A program made the translations under genes and the position numbers. DNA of 64,000 nucleotides from Desulfomicrobium sp. (GTDB lineage: Bacteria; Desulfobacterota; Desulfovibrionia; Desulfovibrionales; Desulfomicrobiaceae): positions 928,001 to 992,000 of the forward strand of contig JAXGMI010000001.1 in NCBI GenBank assembly GCA_040768745.1. The letters are read 5' to 3'. Positions 33,065 to 43,590 of the stretch are shown here, piece by piece (the first letter of the stretch is position 1; each line of letters starts with the position of its first letter). A model generated the notes under the pieces. The model was not told the origin of the DNA and did no database searches. It saw nothing but the letters and a program-made list of their open reading frames with translations.

Positions 33065-33997
33065 ATGAATTGGCGGCACAAGGATCTCCTGGAAATTTCT
33101 CAATTGAGCAGGGATGAAGTCGAACACGTCTTCGAGACAGCGGCCCGGTTTGCGGAGGTGAACCAGCGGCCCATCAAGAAAGTGCCGATCCTGAAAGGCA
33201 AAAGCGTTGTCCTGTTTTTTGCCGAGGCCTCCACGCGGACCAAGACGTCTTTCGATATGGCCGGCAAGCGCCTTTCGGCCGACACCTTCAGCCTGACCAA
33301 ATCCGGCAGTTCCCTGCAGAAGGGTGAAAGTCTGAAGGACACGGCCCTGACCCTGCAGGCGATGCATCCCGATGCCATTGTCATCCGTCACTGGGATAGT
33401 GGAGCCGCGGCCTTTCTGGCCCAGCGGCTGGAATGCTCCATCATCAATGCCGGGGACGGCTGGCATGCCCACCCCACTCAGGCCCTGCTGGACGGGTTCA
33501 CCCTGAGTCGGGTCTGGGACTCTTTTGCCGGCAAGACCGTTTGTATCCTTGGGGACATTGCCCACAGCCGGGTGGCCAGGTCTGATGTCCAACTCCTGAC
33601 CATGCTCGGGGTCAGGGTCCGGCTTTGCGCCCCCCGGACACTGTTGCCCGCCGCGGCCTCGACATGGCCGGTGGAGATCTTCTCCGATGTGGCCAAGGCC
33701 TGCGCAGGGGTGGATGCGGTCATCTGCCTGCGTCTGCAGCTGGAGCGGCAGCAGGCCGGGCTTTTACCGGATTTGCGCGAATACGCCAGCACCTATGGCC
33801 TCAGCCCCAGGCATCTCGCAGATGCCTCGCCGGATGTGAAGATCATGCATCCCGGTCCCATGAACCGAGGGCTTGAGATTAGTTCCGAACTTGCGGACTG
33901 TGGGGCCAGCCTCATCCTGGATCAGGTGTCCTCCGGTGTGGCAGTGCGCATGACTCTTTTGCATCTCTACCTCACCCGGGCCCGCGTTTCCGCGTAG
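33065..33997 (+). CDS. pyrB: Aspartate carbamoyltransferase catalytic subunit
   Basis: [59 protein letters not shown]. Confidence 0.96.
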   Translation: MNWRHKDLLEISQLSRDEVEHVFETAARFAEVNQRPIKKVPILKGKSVVLFFAEASTRTKTSFDMAGKRLSADTFSLTKSGSSLQKGESLKDTALTLQAMHPDAIVIRHWDSGAAAFLAQRLECSIINAGDGWHAHPTQALLDGFTLSRVWDSFAGKTVCILGDIAHSRVARSDVQLLTMLGVRVRLCAPRTLLPAAASTWPVEIFSDVAKACAGVDAVICLRLQLERQQAGLLPDLREYASTYGLSPRHLADASPDVKIMHPGPMNRGLEISSELADCGASLILDQVSSGVAVRMTLLHLYLTRARVSA

Positions 33998-34018
33998 GCC
34001 AAGACCAACGGTGGCACC

Positions 34019-35320
34019 ATGGCGCACGTAGAAAGCTTGATACGTAATGTCTCCTGGCAAGGCCGTGACTGTGACCTGCTCATTGGCCAGGGCCGGATTT
34101 GCGATGTGGCGGAGGCGGGAACCATCTCGGCGGAAGGCGTGGAAATTGTTGATGGCCAGGGGCTACTGCTTTTGCCCAGCCTCATCGATGCCCACGTCCA
34201 TCTGCGGGAGCCCGGGCAGGAGTACAAGGAGGACATTGCCTCGGGCCTGTCCGCCGCTGCCGCGGGAGGATTCGGCCAGGTCATGGCCATGGCCAATACA
34301 AGGCCGGTCAACGATTGCGCGGCGGTGACCCGGTACATACTGCAACAAGGGCATGCGGCCTTCCCGCAAGGTCCCTGGGTGCGGCCGGTGGGAGCTTTGA
34401 CTGTGGGGCTCTCGGGCAAAGAGCTCGCTCCGGCAGGAGAACTGGCCCTGGCGGGATGCGTGGCCCTGTCCAACGACGGCCTGCCGATGGAGAACACAGA
34501 ACTTTTCCGGCGGGCCATGGAATATGCCGCTGATTTCGGACTTAAGGTCATCGACCACTGCGAGGACCCCTTGCTGGGCAGGGGAGGAGTCATGAACGAA
34601 GGCGAGGTCTCCAGCCGTCTGGGTCTCAAGGGGATCCCGACTGTGTCCGAAGCCATGCAGGTGGCCCGGGACATCCTCCTGGCCTCGTATCTGCAACTGC
34701 CAGTCCACTTGGCCCACATCAGCTGCCGCCAGTCCGTGGAACTCATCGCCCGGGCCAAGGAGCAGGGCATTCCTGTTACGGCCGAAACCTGTCCGCACTA
34801 CCTCATGTGGGATGAAAGCAGGGTCCACGGCTACGACACCAATGTCAGAGTCAACCCGCCTCTGCGCACCCGCGACGATGTGCTGGCCATGCGTCAGGCC
34901 GTGCGCCAGGGCGTGATCGACATCCTGGTCACGGATCACGCCCCGCATGCGGCCCATGAAAAGGAAGTGACTTTTGCCGAAGCGCCCAACGGCATTTCCG
35001 GTCTGGACACGGCCCTGTCCCTGACCTTCGAGCTGGTCCGCGGCGGAGAACTGGACTGGGCGGACATCCCCCGGTTGTGGTGCTGGAAATCAGCAGAGAT
35101 CTTTGCCTTGTCCAGCAACGCCCTGCGGCCCGGAGATCCAGCGGACTTCGTTCTTTTTGATCCCGACCAGGCCTGGGTGGTTACGCCCGAGGTCATGCTG
35201 TCCAAAGGCAAGAACACGCCATGTCTGGACAAGGAGGTTCCAGGACGCGTTATGGCCCATTTTCTCGGTGGCCGGCGCGTTTTCTCCCGGCAGGCCGGCA
35301 CGTTGGGGTCGGCGTTCTAA
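34019..35320 (+). CDS. pyrC: Dihydroorotase
   Basis: DAHVHLREPG, AAAAGGF, MANT.P, HCED, AHIS, ETCPHY, VNPPLR, TDHAPH. Confidence 0.94.
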   Translation: MAHVESLIRNVSWQGRDCDLLIGQGRICDVAEAGTISAEGVEIVDGQGLLLLPSLIDAHVHLREPGQEYKEDIASGLSAAAAGGFGQVMAMANTRPVNDCAAVTRYILQQGHAAFPQGPWVRPVGALTVGLSGKELAPAGELALAGCVALSNDGLPMENTELFRRAMEYAADFGLKVIDHCEDPLLGRGGVMNEGEVSSRLGLKGIPTVSEAMQVARDILLASYLQLPVHLAHISCRQSVELIARAKEQGIPVTAETCPHYLMWDESRVHGYDTNVRVNPPLRTRDDVLAMRQAVRQGVIDILVTDHAPHAAHEKEVTFAEAPNGISGLDTALSLTFELVRGGELDWADIPRLWCWKSAEIFALSSNALRPGDPADFVLFDPDQAWVVTPEVMLSKGKNTPCLDKEVPGRVMAHFLGGRRVFSRQAGTLGSAF

Positions 35321-35370
35321 ACCGGGAGGGACGGCCTTTACCTGTCAGCCCGCCTTCGAAGGAAACATGC

Positions 35371-36744
35371 ATGGCCAACATCCTTATTGTCGACGATGAC
35401 TTAAGCCTGCGCGAGGTTTTGGAAATCGCCCTGTCCAAAAAGGGGCATAAAGCCTGGGCCGCTCCCGACTCGGCCACAGCTCTGTCCATTCTGCACAAGG
35501 AAAATATCGCCCTCATCCTTCTTGACCTGCGTTTGGGGCAGGAAAGTGGCATCGATCTCTTGGCGCGCATCCGTGAAACCTGGACTGACATTCCAGTGCT
35601 CATGGTCACGGCCTATGCCGACGCCAAAAGCGCCATCATGGCCTTGAAACACGGGGCCAAGGACTATATCAGCAAACCCTTCGAGCTGGACGATCTGCTC
35701 TACACCGTGGAGCGGACCTTGGAAACGGCCCGGCTGAAGGAAGAGAATGCGTGGCTTAAAGGTCAGATCCGCAAGCAGTACGGAGATATCATTGGCCAGA
35801 GCCGCCAGATGCAGGTTGTCTTCGATCTGGTCCGGCGCATCGCCCCGACCAACATCAACGTACTCATCACCGGCGAGTCGGGCACGGGCAAGGAACTCTT
35901 TGCCCGGGCCATCCACAATGAAAGTCAGCGAACATCCCAGCCCTTTCTGGCCATCAACTGCGGTGGACTGCCCGACAATCTGGTTGAAAGCGAGTTGTTT
36001 GGTTTTCGTAAGGGGGCCTTCACCAGTGCGGACCGTTCCAAAAAGGGGTTGCTGGAGGTCGCCGAGGGTGGAACCCTTTTTTTGGACGAGGTTGGAGAGC
36101 TGGCCTTGTCCACCCAGGTCAAGCTTCTGCGCTACACCCAGGAGCGCTGCTTCATCCCCCTGGGCGGGACCGAGGAGCTGCGTTCAGACGTGCGTATCAT
36201 CGCGGCCACCAATCGCAACGTGGAGCAGGGGGTTGCCGACGGGACGTTCAGAGAGGATCTGTATTACCGCTTGAGCGGGGTCAAGGTGCACCTGCCTCCG
36301 CTGCGGGAGCGGGGCGAGGATGCCTTGCAGCTGGTGGATTATTTTCTGGGCAAGGCCTGCAGGTCCCAGAAGCGGCAGATACGGGGATTCACTCCGGAAG
36401 CCCGGAGCAAGCTGCTGGCCTATGACTATCCGGGAAACATCCGGGAGTTGGAGAACATCGTCGAGCGGGCAGTGGCCCTGGAACCGGGGGACATGATCAC
36501 GCCTGATTCCCTGGTCATTTACGAGAAGATCGCCACTGCTGATCAGGACAGCGGCATGCAGAAGGTCTTGTCGGGGCAGATGACCCTGGACGACTATCTC
36601 GGGCTGCACGAGCAAAAGGTCCTGCAGGAGGCCCTGCGCCGTTGTGGAGGACACAAGGGTCGGGCCGCGGAGATGGTGGGGCTCAATTTTCGCCAGTTCC
36701 GCTACCGCTTGACCAAGTCAGGGGAAAAAGATGAAGATGACTGA
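35371..36744 (+). CDS. Sigma-54-dependent response regulator (PilR/NtrC family)
   Basis: Receiver (VDDD, LLD, VTAY, SKPF); AAA+ GESGTGKE, ESELFG..KGAFTSA, FLDEVGE, FREDLYYRL, PGNIREL; Fis-type HTH with FRQFRYRL. Confidence 0.9.
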   Translation: MANILIVDDDLSLREVLEIALSKKGHKAWAAPDSATALSILHKENIALILLDLRLGQESGIDLLARIRETWTDIPVLMVTAYADAKSAIMALKHGAKDYISKPFELDDLLYTVERTLETARLKEENAWLKGQIRKQYGDIIGQSRQMQVVFDLVRRIAPTNINVLITGESGTGKELFARAIHNESQRTSQPFLAINCGGLPDNLVESELFGFRKGAFTSADRSKKGLLEVAEGGTLFLDEVGELALSTQVKLLRYTQERCFIPLGGTEELRSDVRIIAATNRNVEQGVADGTFREDLYYRLSGVKVHLPPLRERGEDALQLVDYFLGKACRSQKRQIRGFTPEARSKLLAYDYPGNIRELENIVERAVALEPGDMITPDSLVIYEKIATADQDSGMQKVLSGQMTLDDYLGLHEQKVLQEALRRCGGHKGRAAEMVGLNFRQFRYRLTKSGEKDEDD

Positions 36745-36803
36745 ACTTATTTGCTGTTCCTCCGCACGTTTTTTTCCGTGCACGACCACTCAAGGAGAGA
36801 TTG

Positions 36804-38126
36804 ATGCCCCAGCCGATACGAGAAGCCGTCTCCATCTGCAAAACCATCATGCGCAACGGCTATGACGCCTATGTCATCAATGCCGCCCTGCAACGGAAAA
36901 TTCTTGGCAATTCCAAGGAAGCCGAGGTGGAAATCTGTACGGATATCGATTTTACCGGCCTCAAAGCTCTTTTTCCGGATGCTGTCCCGGGCGGCGGCGA
37001 GACCGTGGCCCGCATCCAGCAGGGCGGATCCGTTTTCCTTTTTTACCCCGCGGATATGGCTGACGCCTCCCACCCAGAGGCATGCGTTGCCCAGATCACG
37101 GCCAATATGCTGCGGAAGCTGGAAAAGGACGACAGCTTTCCGATCCATCTCGCCTGTCCGTACATCCCCCGCTCCAGGGATGTGTACGATGGGTTCGAGA
37201 ACATTGCCGGCGGCCAGATCAAGTTCCAGGGCATTCCGGACGAAACCCTGAAGCACGACTATCTGCGGGCCATACGCGCACTGCGCTTTTCAGCCAACTA
37301 CCATCTGCCCATCGAGGAAAATTCCTGGATGTCCATTATCCGTGCCTCCCGTCGGGTGTTGGACTACGTCTCTGTGACGGACATCATGGACGAATGGCGC
37401 AAGGTTGAAGCCGAGAACATGTGGCGCTTCGCGGAACTGCTTTTCAACTCCATGATCATCCATGGATTTATACCCGAGCTGGCGGCCTTGAGCCGGATTT
37501 TTCAAGTCTTCAATGAAGAGGTCGGTCCTGAGTCCGTTTGGAGCCATACCTTGCAGGTCATGCGCCACTATCCTGAGGAGTTGCCATACGACTGGTACGG
37601 CACCCTGGCCTGTCTCTTCCACGCCTGCGGCAAGCTCTACGCCGGGGAGCAGTACGGTGGCAAGACGACGTTTTACCAGCATCATCGCATCGGGGCCAAG
37701 GTCACACGCAAGATTTTGAAGCGCCTGCGGCTCAATACCGAGGAAGTGGATCTGGTCTGTCACCTGGTCCGCAACCACATACGGTTTTTCTTCATGCTTA
37801 CGGACAAGGGCATCCGGCGGTTCAAGGCCCTGGACGACTATCCCAGGCTCATCGAGATGGCGAGGGCTGACATCAAGGCGCGCAATGCCAATTACGCGGA
37901 ATTCAATCACAACATGAAAATGCTCGAGCGGGCAGATATCCGGGAGGAACTGCTCGAACCGCTCTTGAACGGCAAGCAGATTATGGACATCGCCGGGATC
38001 AAGCCCGGTCCGGCAGTAGGTCTGATCCGGGACAGCTTGCTGCAGGCCCAGATCGCCGGCGATGTGAACAGCATTGAAGACGCCAAACGTTTCGTCATTG
38101 CGTATAAAGAGATGAATCAGCTTTAA
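36804..38126 (+). CDS. CCA-adding/poly(A) polymerase-like protein with HD domain; catalytic motifs degenerate
   Basis: GYDAYVINAALQR..G, EVEICTD, F.G.PDE.L.HDYLRAIRALRF, WSHTL.V, LACLFHACGK, FYQH..IGA, LLNG..IM...GIKPGP.VG. Confidence 0.8.
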   Translation: MPQPIREAVSICKTIMRNGYDAYVINAALQRKILGNSKEAEVEICTDIDFTGLKALFPDAVPGGGETVARIQQGGSVFLFYPADMADASHPEACVAQITANMLRKLEKDDSFPIHLACPYIPRSRDVYDGFENIAGGQIKFQGIPDETLKHDYLRAIRALRFSANYHLPIEENSWMSIIRASRRVLDYVSVTDIMDEWRKVEAENMWRFAELLFNSMIIHGFIPELAALSRIFQVFNEEVGPESVWSHTLQVMRHYPEELPYDWYGTLACLFHACGKLYAGEQYGGKTTFYQHHRIGAKVTRKILKRLRLNTEEVDLVCHLVRNHIRFFFMLTDKGIRRFKALDDYPRLIEMARADIKARNANYAEFNHNMKMLERADIREELLEPLLNGKQIMDIAGIKPGPAVGLIRDSLLQAQIAGDVNSIEDAKRFVIAYKEMNQL

Positions 38127-38223
38127 TAACCAGGATTATTCGGTTTCTTCTTCAGCAGAAGGCACGAGGAGCGCAGGATTGTCGCTCTTTGTGCCTTCGC
38201 GATTCCGGAACCAACCATGCACA

Positions 38224-39300
38224 ATGCGCAACATTCTTGAACTGATCTATCCTGAACTGGAGCACGCGGTCCTGGCCATGGGACATCAGGCGTTCCGCGC
38301 CCGACAGCTCTGGCAGTGGTTGTGGCGGCGGGGTGTGCGCGAGTATGGCCCCATGACAAACCTGGCCAGGGAATTCCGGGAGGACCTGGCCCAGGAATGG
38401 GCCATTGCCTGGCCCGAGGTGACCGAAGTCCGCACCAGTTCCGACGGGACCATCAAGTTTCTGCTGCGCATGGTTGACGGGGCAACGGTGGAAACGGTGC
38501 TTATCCCGGACAAAAGCCGCTATACGCAATGCCTGTCCTGTCAGGTCGGCTGTCCCATGGGCTGCAGTTTCTGCAGTACGGGGCAGATGGGGTATGTGCG
38601 GAACATGACCGGAGGCGAGATCGCGGCCCAGGTGCTGGTGGCCAGGGAGCATTTGCGGGGGCATGGTTTGGCCGTGGAAGTGAAGAATCTGGTGTATATG
38701 GGCATGGGAGAACCGTTGTTGAACTGGGACGAGGTGAGAAAGAGTCTGCACATCCTCTCCTACCCTGAGGGGTTGGAATTCTCCCGGCGGCGGATCACCC
38801 TGTCGACGTGCGCCATCAAGGGAAAGCTGGACGTGTTCGGAAGGGAAGGACTGGCCTTGCCGGCCATTTCCCTGCACGCCCCGACCCAGGATATCCGGAA
38901 GAGGCTCATGCCTGGCGCGGCCAAATGGCCCATCGAAGAGCTGATCAAGGCCCTGCAGGAATTCGAGTTGCGACCCCGGGAGCGGGTGACGATCGAATAC
39001 ATCCTCATCCGGGGTGTCAACGACGGGATCGAGCATGCCCGGCAACTTGTGCGCCTTCTGTCGCACCTCAAATGCAAGATCAACCTCATTGCCTATAACG
39101 CCGGACCGGGGATCGCCTACGAGGCACCGGACCCAGCAGCAGTGATGGCCTTCGAGGAATTTCTGCGCAAAAAGGGGTTCACTGTAACCCTGCGCAAAAG
39201 CAAAGGACAGGATATCGCGGCGGCCTGCGGCCAGCTCAAGACCGAGGTGGAGCGTACGCAGGGAGAAAGGAAGAATGAACAAGGATTCATCAATGGATAA
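38224..39300 (+). CDS. rlmN: 23S rRNA/tRNA m2A radical SAM methyltransferase
   Basis: [60 protein letters not shown]. Confidence 0.95.
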   Translation: MRNILELIYPELEHAVLAMGHQAFRARQLWQWLWRRGVREYGPMTNLAREFREDLAQEWAIAWPEVTEVRTSSDGTIKFLLRMVDGATVETVLIPDKSRYTQCLSCQVGCPMGCSFCSTGQMGYVRNMTGGEIAAQVLVAREHLRGHGLAVEVKNLVYMGMGEPLLNWDEVRKSLHILSYPEGLEFSRRRITLSTCAIKGKLDVFGREGLALPAISLHAPTQDIRKRLMPGAAKWPIEELIKALQEFELRPRERVTIEYILIRGVNDGIEHARQLVRLLSHLKCKINLIAYNAGPGIAYEAPDPAAVMAFEEFLRKKGFTVTLRKSKGQDIAAACGQLKTEVERTQGERKNEQGFING

Positions 39301-39679
39301 ACGTGATTTACCTGATTTTAACAAGGCCGGCGGGCTGGTGCCGGTCATCGCCCAGGACGGAGCGAGCGGGGAAGTGCTTATGCTCGCCTTCATGAACGAG
39401 GAGGCCTGGAACGAGACGCTCAGGACAAACGAGGTGCACTACTACAGCCGCAGTCGCCAGAGCCTGTGGCACAAGGGCGGCACGTCCGGCCACGTGCAGA
39501 AGGTCAGGTCCATCCGCCTGGACTGCGACCGGGACGCGGTGCTCATCATCGTGGACCAAGTCGGTGGAGCGGCCTGCCATACGGGACGCAGAAGCTGTTT
39601 TTATCGCGAACGCGACGCGCAGGGGCAGTGGACGGACTGCTCTCCCATGATGTTCGATCCCAAGGAGGTTTACAGATAA
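39293..39679 (+). CDS. hisI: Phosphoribosyl-AMP cyclohydrolase
   Basis: [47 protein letters not shown]. Alternative start at 39275. Confidence 0.95.
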   Translation: MDKRDLPDFNKAGGLVPVIAQDGASGEVLMLAFMNEEAWNETLRTNEVHYYSRSRQSLWHKGGTSGHVQKVRSIRLDCDRDAVLIIVDQVGGAACHTGRRSCFYRERDAQGQWTDCSPMMFDPKEVYR

Positions 39680-40560
39680 TGGTTGACGGAAAAATCATGC
39701 GTATCGGCATTCCCAAGGGTTCACTTGAAGAGGCCACAGTCAAGCTCTTTGCAAAGGCTGGGTGGAAGGTGACCTCGCACCACCGGAACTATTTTCCAGA
39801 AATAAACGACCCCGAACTGACCTGCTCACTGTGCCGCGCCCAGGAAATGGCACGGTATGTCGAAAGCGGCCTGCTCGATGCCGGCCTGACGGGCAAGGAT
39901 TGGATCCTGGAAAACGAATCCGATGTTGTCATTGTCGACGACCTCATCTACTCCAAGGCCAGTAATCGCCCTGCGAAGTGGGTGCTGGCTGTGGCTGGCG
40001 ACTCGCCCTACAAACGTCCCGAGGATCTGGCTGGGAAGAAAATCGCCACGGAATTCGTGGGTTACACCCGCCGTTATTTTGAGACTGCAGGCATTCCCGT
40101 GGATGTGGAATACTCCTGGGGGGCAACCGAGGCCAAGGTTGTGGAAGGTCTGGTGGATGGCGTTGTGGAGATCACCGAGACCGGCACGACCATCAAGGCC
40201 CACGGACTGAGGATCATTGCCGAGTTGCTGCAGACCAACACCCAGCTCATCGCCAACAAGGAATCCTGGAAGGATCCATGGAAGCGGGCCAAGATAGAGA
40301 ACATGAATACCCTCTTGCAGGGTGCGCTGAGGGCAGAGAAGCTGGTGGCGCTGAAGATGAACGCACCAGGGGATGCCGTGGACAGAGTCATGGCTCTGCT
40401 TCCGAGCATGAACTCGCCGACTGTGGCCCATCTGCACAATTCCGACTGGATGTCCATCGAGACGGTGGTGGACATTTCCCTGGTCCGGGACTTGGTGCCC
40501 AGGCTCCAGGCAGTTGGAGCCCAGGCCATCATAGAGTATTCCCTGAACAAGGTCATCTAA
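39679..40560 (+). CDS. hisG: ATP phosphoribosyltransferase (long form)
   Basis: IGIPKGSL, RAQEM..YV..G..DAGLTG.D, IATEF, GATEAK, ITETGTT; ACT-like C-terminus; AAGGAGG RBS. Confidence 0.95.
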   Translation: MVDGKIMRIGIPKGSLEEATVKLFAKAGWKVTSHHRNYFPEINDPELTCSLCRAQEMARYVESGLLDAGLTGKDWILENESDVVIVDDLIYSKASNRPAKWVLAVAGDSPYKRPEDLAGKKIATEFVGYTRRYFETAGIPVDVEYSWGATEAKVVEGLVDGVVEITETGTTIKAHGLRIIAELLQTNTQLIANKESWKDPWKRAKIENMNTLLQGALRAEKLVALKMNAPGDAVDRVMALLPSMNSPTVAHLHNSDWMSIETVVDISLVRDLVPRLQAVGAQAIIEYSLNKVI

Positions 40561-40599
40561 CCACAGGTTCCCTGGCGGGGACCGCGCAGGAACAACGGC

Positions 40600-41364
40600 A
40601 TGAAGATCTGTACGTGGATGCTTATTCTCTGCATTGCCCTGGCCGGATGCGCCGCGCGGGGAGGATCAGGCATTTCTTCCGGGGGCATGAACCAGCAGGA
40701 AGTGGAGCTGCGGTTGAATCTGGCGGAGTCCTATATCAACAACCGTCAGCCGCAGTTTGCCCTGCAGGAACTCCTGAAGGTGCAGTCCTCTGCCGATCAC
40801 CTGTCCCGATACCATTTTGATTCAGGCCTCGCATACATCGGCCTGGAAGAATGGGAAAAGGCACGGCAGGGTTTTGCGCAGGCAGTGCAGATCGATGACA
40901 ATTTCGCCGAGGCCTGGAACAACCTGGGAAAGATCAACGAGGTGTTGAGGCGGGACAAGGAAGCCGAAGATGCCTATCGCAAGGCCCTGGGCATTCTGAC
41001 CTATGTCACGCCAGAATTTCCGGCCTACAACCTGGGTGCGCTCATGCTGCGTCAAGGCCGGGTCAAGGAAGCAGAGGAATTAGGGCGCAAAGCCCTGGCC
41101 CGCAACTGGCGATACATCCCGGCCTACAAACTTCTGGCCGACGCCATGGTGGCCCAGAATCGCATGGAAGAAGCCGAGTCCGTGCTGAAGAGCGGCCTGG
41201 AGGCGGACATGGACAGTGCCTCAACCATGCTGGCCCTGGCCGAGCACCAGGTGCGCATGGGCAAGAGCACAGAGGCGCAGGAGATATTCCAGCGCATCAT
41301 CACCCAGAGCCCCAGATCCAATGAAGCCAAAGTGGCCAAGGATTACCTGGGACTCCTCCAGTGA
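40600..41364 (+). CDS. TPR lipoprotein, PilF/PilW/Tgl-like type IV pilus pilotin
   Basis: Lipobox LAGC, TPR repeats (AEAWNNLG), KAL....Y.TPE...YNLG pattern typical of PilF/PilW. Confidence 0.75.
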   Translation: MKICTWMLILCIALAGCAARGGSGISSGGMNQQEVELRLNLAESYINNRQPQFALQELLKVQSSADHLSRYHFDSGLAYIGLEEWEKARQGFAQAVQIDDNFAEAWNNLGKINEVLRRDKEAEDAYRKALGILTYVTPEFPAYNLGALMLRQGRVKEAEELGRKALARNWRYIPAYKLLADAMVAQNRMEEAESVLKSGLEADMDSASTMLALAEHQVRMGKSTEAQEIFQRIITQSPRSNEAKVAKDYLGLLQ

Positions 41365-42679
41365 CGGGGCCGGGGATGCCCCGCGCATCCTCGGCATCAA
41401 TCCATGGATCCACGATTTCGCAGCCTTTAACCTCTGGGCAAGGCCCGGCGGGTTGTTGTCTGTCCTGGCCATGCTGCGCGCTGGCGGAGCGCAGGTGGCC
41501 CTCATGGACTGCCTGGACCAGACCTGGTCCGATGTGCCCTGGCCCAAGCCCCGGGCCTGGGGCCACGGGCATTACCCCAAGGAGCATATCCCCAAACCCT
41601 TCGCCCTGCGCGCCGTGCCCAGACAATTCAGCCGTTACGGCCACTCCCCTTCGGTCGTGAGAGATGCGTTGCGGCTGCTCTCGCCGCCCCCCGACTTGGT
41701 ACTGCTCACCACCTCCATGACCTACTGGTATCCTGGCGCTGCAGAGGCCCTGGCCATGGCCCGGGAACTCTGGCCCGGAGTGCCCGTGGTTCTGGGCGGG
41801 ATCTATGCCACCCTCTGCCCGGAGCACGCGCAGGGGCTGGGTGCCGATGCGGTCCTGGGAGGGCGTCTCGAAGATCCTCTATGCTGGAGGGGGCTCTGGA
41901 AACTGCTGGGCTGTTCCGCTCCGCCCTTGCCTGCAGGGTCCGGGTTGGAATTGGCCCTGGACCTGTACGCAGCTCCCCGGTTTTCTGTCATCCTCGGCTC
42001 CCGCGGGTGCCCGTTCCATTGTCCGTACTGCGCAAGTCATACCCTGCATCCCGCTTTCCGGCAGGCAGAAGGCGAGACGGTGTTGTCCGGAGTGCGCGCT
42101 GAATTCGCGCGGGGGGTGAGGGATTTCGCTTTTTACGATGATGCGTTGCTGGTCAGCCCTGAAACCTGGCTTTGGCCCCTGCTGGAGTGGTTGGAGGGCA
42201 AGGGCGCGCGGTTGCATACGCCCAACGCCATGCATGCACGCTTTCTTACTCCCGAGTCGTGCAGGAGGCTCAAACGCGCTGGGCTGAGCACGGTGCGACT
42301 GGGGCTGGAGACTGTGGACTTCGAGCACAGGCTTGACGCGAAACTGTCGCTCCAGGAGTGGGAGGCAGGTATGGCAGCCCTGCGCGAGGCAGGATTCGGT
42401 CCTGGGGAGGTTGGGGCTTACATCCTCTTTGGACTCCCGGATCAGGATCCTGGAGTTGTGCAGCGCGCCATCATCATGGCCAAATCCTGGGGAATCCGGC
42501 CGGAGTTGGCCCACTTCACACCCATACCTTCCAGCCGGCTCTTTGGCCGGGCGTGCGAGGTGTCGTCCTATCCGCTGGCGAAAGAGCCACTCTGCCAGAA
42601 CAATTCCATCTGGCCCTGCGTGTCCGGCGGGTTTTCTTGGGAGCACGTGCGTTTCTGGCGCAGGTTGTTGGACGAATGA
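41321..42679 (+). CDS. B12-binding-domain radical SAM protein
   Basis: RILGINPWIHDFAAF, TSMTYWYPG, VVLGGIYATL, SRGCPFHCPYC, FYDDAL, HTPN, LGLET, YILFGLP. Start uncertain. Confidence 0.85.
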   Translation: MKPKWPRITWDSSSDGAGDAPRILGINPWIHDFAAFNLWARPGGLLSVLAMLRAGGAQVALMDCLDQTWSDVPWPKPRAWGHGHYPKEHIPKPFALRAVPRQFSRYGHSPSVVRDALRLLSPPPDLVLLTTSMTYWYPGAAEALAMARELWPGVPVVLGGIYATLCPEHAQGLGADAVLGGRLEDPLCWRGLWKLLGCSAPPLPAGSGLELALDLYAAPRFSVILGSRGCPFHCPYCASHTLHPAFRQAEGETVLSGVRAEFARGVRDFAFYDDALLVSPETWLWPLLEWLEGKGARLHTPNAMHARFLTPESCRRLKRAGLSTVRLGLETVDFEHRLDAKLSLQEWEAGMAALREAGFGPGEVGAYILFGLPDQDPGVVQRAIIMAKSWGIRPELAHFTPIPSSRLFGRACEVSSYPLAKEPLCQNNSIWPCVSGGFSWEHVRFWRRLLDE

Positions 42680-42722
42680 GGGCTGCCAGAGGGGCTGACA
42701 ACGGCTGCAGCGGGGAAAAAGC

Positions 42723-43304
42723 CTATTCCGGATCGACGCGGAGGAGGTCCTCCTCGTTCAGGTCTTCCGGATATTCGCCTGAATCGAGATCGCAGAATCC
42801 GAATCCCACAGAACAAATGGGCAGACCCAGCAGTTCCACAAGACTGAGATGCCTGTCCATGGCCAGGGAAAAACCACAATCGCTGTCCGGGCAGTGCAAA
42901 ATGTCATTGACTTCTTCCCCGGAGGCATCGGTGTTGAAGAGTTGGACCAGGATTTCGGGATTGCCGCCCCGGCTCTTGATCTCGCTTTTGGCTTCAGCAT
43001 CGAAGGAAGGGGCCGGGGACTTGTAGGAGTCCAGGAGCTCGCCGTCCGAGTAGAGCCAGTACCGGAAAAGCTCCTCGTTCACGGCCTGCACGGCCAGGGC
43101 TGGGCAGCCGAAACAGCCGGACAGGTCTTGGGCCAAGTCGGTGATGATGCTGGCGTCGCCTTCATCGCTGTCCATTTCATAGACCGTAGTCAGTCCGTCC
43201 TCGGTTGGGGAAACAAAGGCCGAACGTCCCTGGTTGCCGAGTTCCTGCAGAATATCCTGCGCATTTGGGCCTTTGAGTGTGATGTTGGAGTACATGGTTC
43301 CCAT
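42723..43304 (-). CDS. Acidic hypothetical protein (193 aa)
   Basis: GAAGGAG RBS before ATG 43304; protein-like composition (MGTMYSNITLKG...LAQDLS..FGCPALAV....FRYWLY.DG...D.Y). Confidence 0.75.
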   Translation of the reverse strand: MGTMYSNITLKGPNAQDILQELGNQGRSAFVSPTEDGLTTVYEMDSDEGDASIITDLAQDLSGCFGCPALAVQAVNEELFRYWLYSDGELLDSYKSPAPSFDAEAKSEIKSRGGNPEILVQLFNTDASGEEVNDILHCPDSDCGFSLAMDRHLSLVELLGLPICSVGFGFCDLDSGEYPEDLNEEDLLRVDPE

Positions 43305-43590
43305 AAGGGCTCCTTCAAGCAGATTGGGGATCAAGATGCAAGCCTGTGCGAAGACAATGAAGGTCAGTCGATGCTGTCCTGAGGTGTAGCTACCCTTTGG
43401 CCTGCGTGTCTTGTCAAGTCCGAAAATGTGGAAAGGCCTGCGTCGAACCGGAAGGGTGATTTTCGCTCTTCGTGGGGCTTGAGAAAGCGAGAGGCTTCGC
43501 GTACCGCCAGATGACAGCCGCCGTGATGGGGCCGATGCGACACAGGAGAACATGCCGGGGCATGTTGGAGACATATTTTACGGAGGGTTC

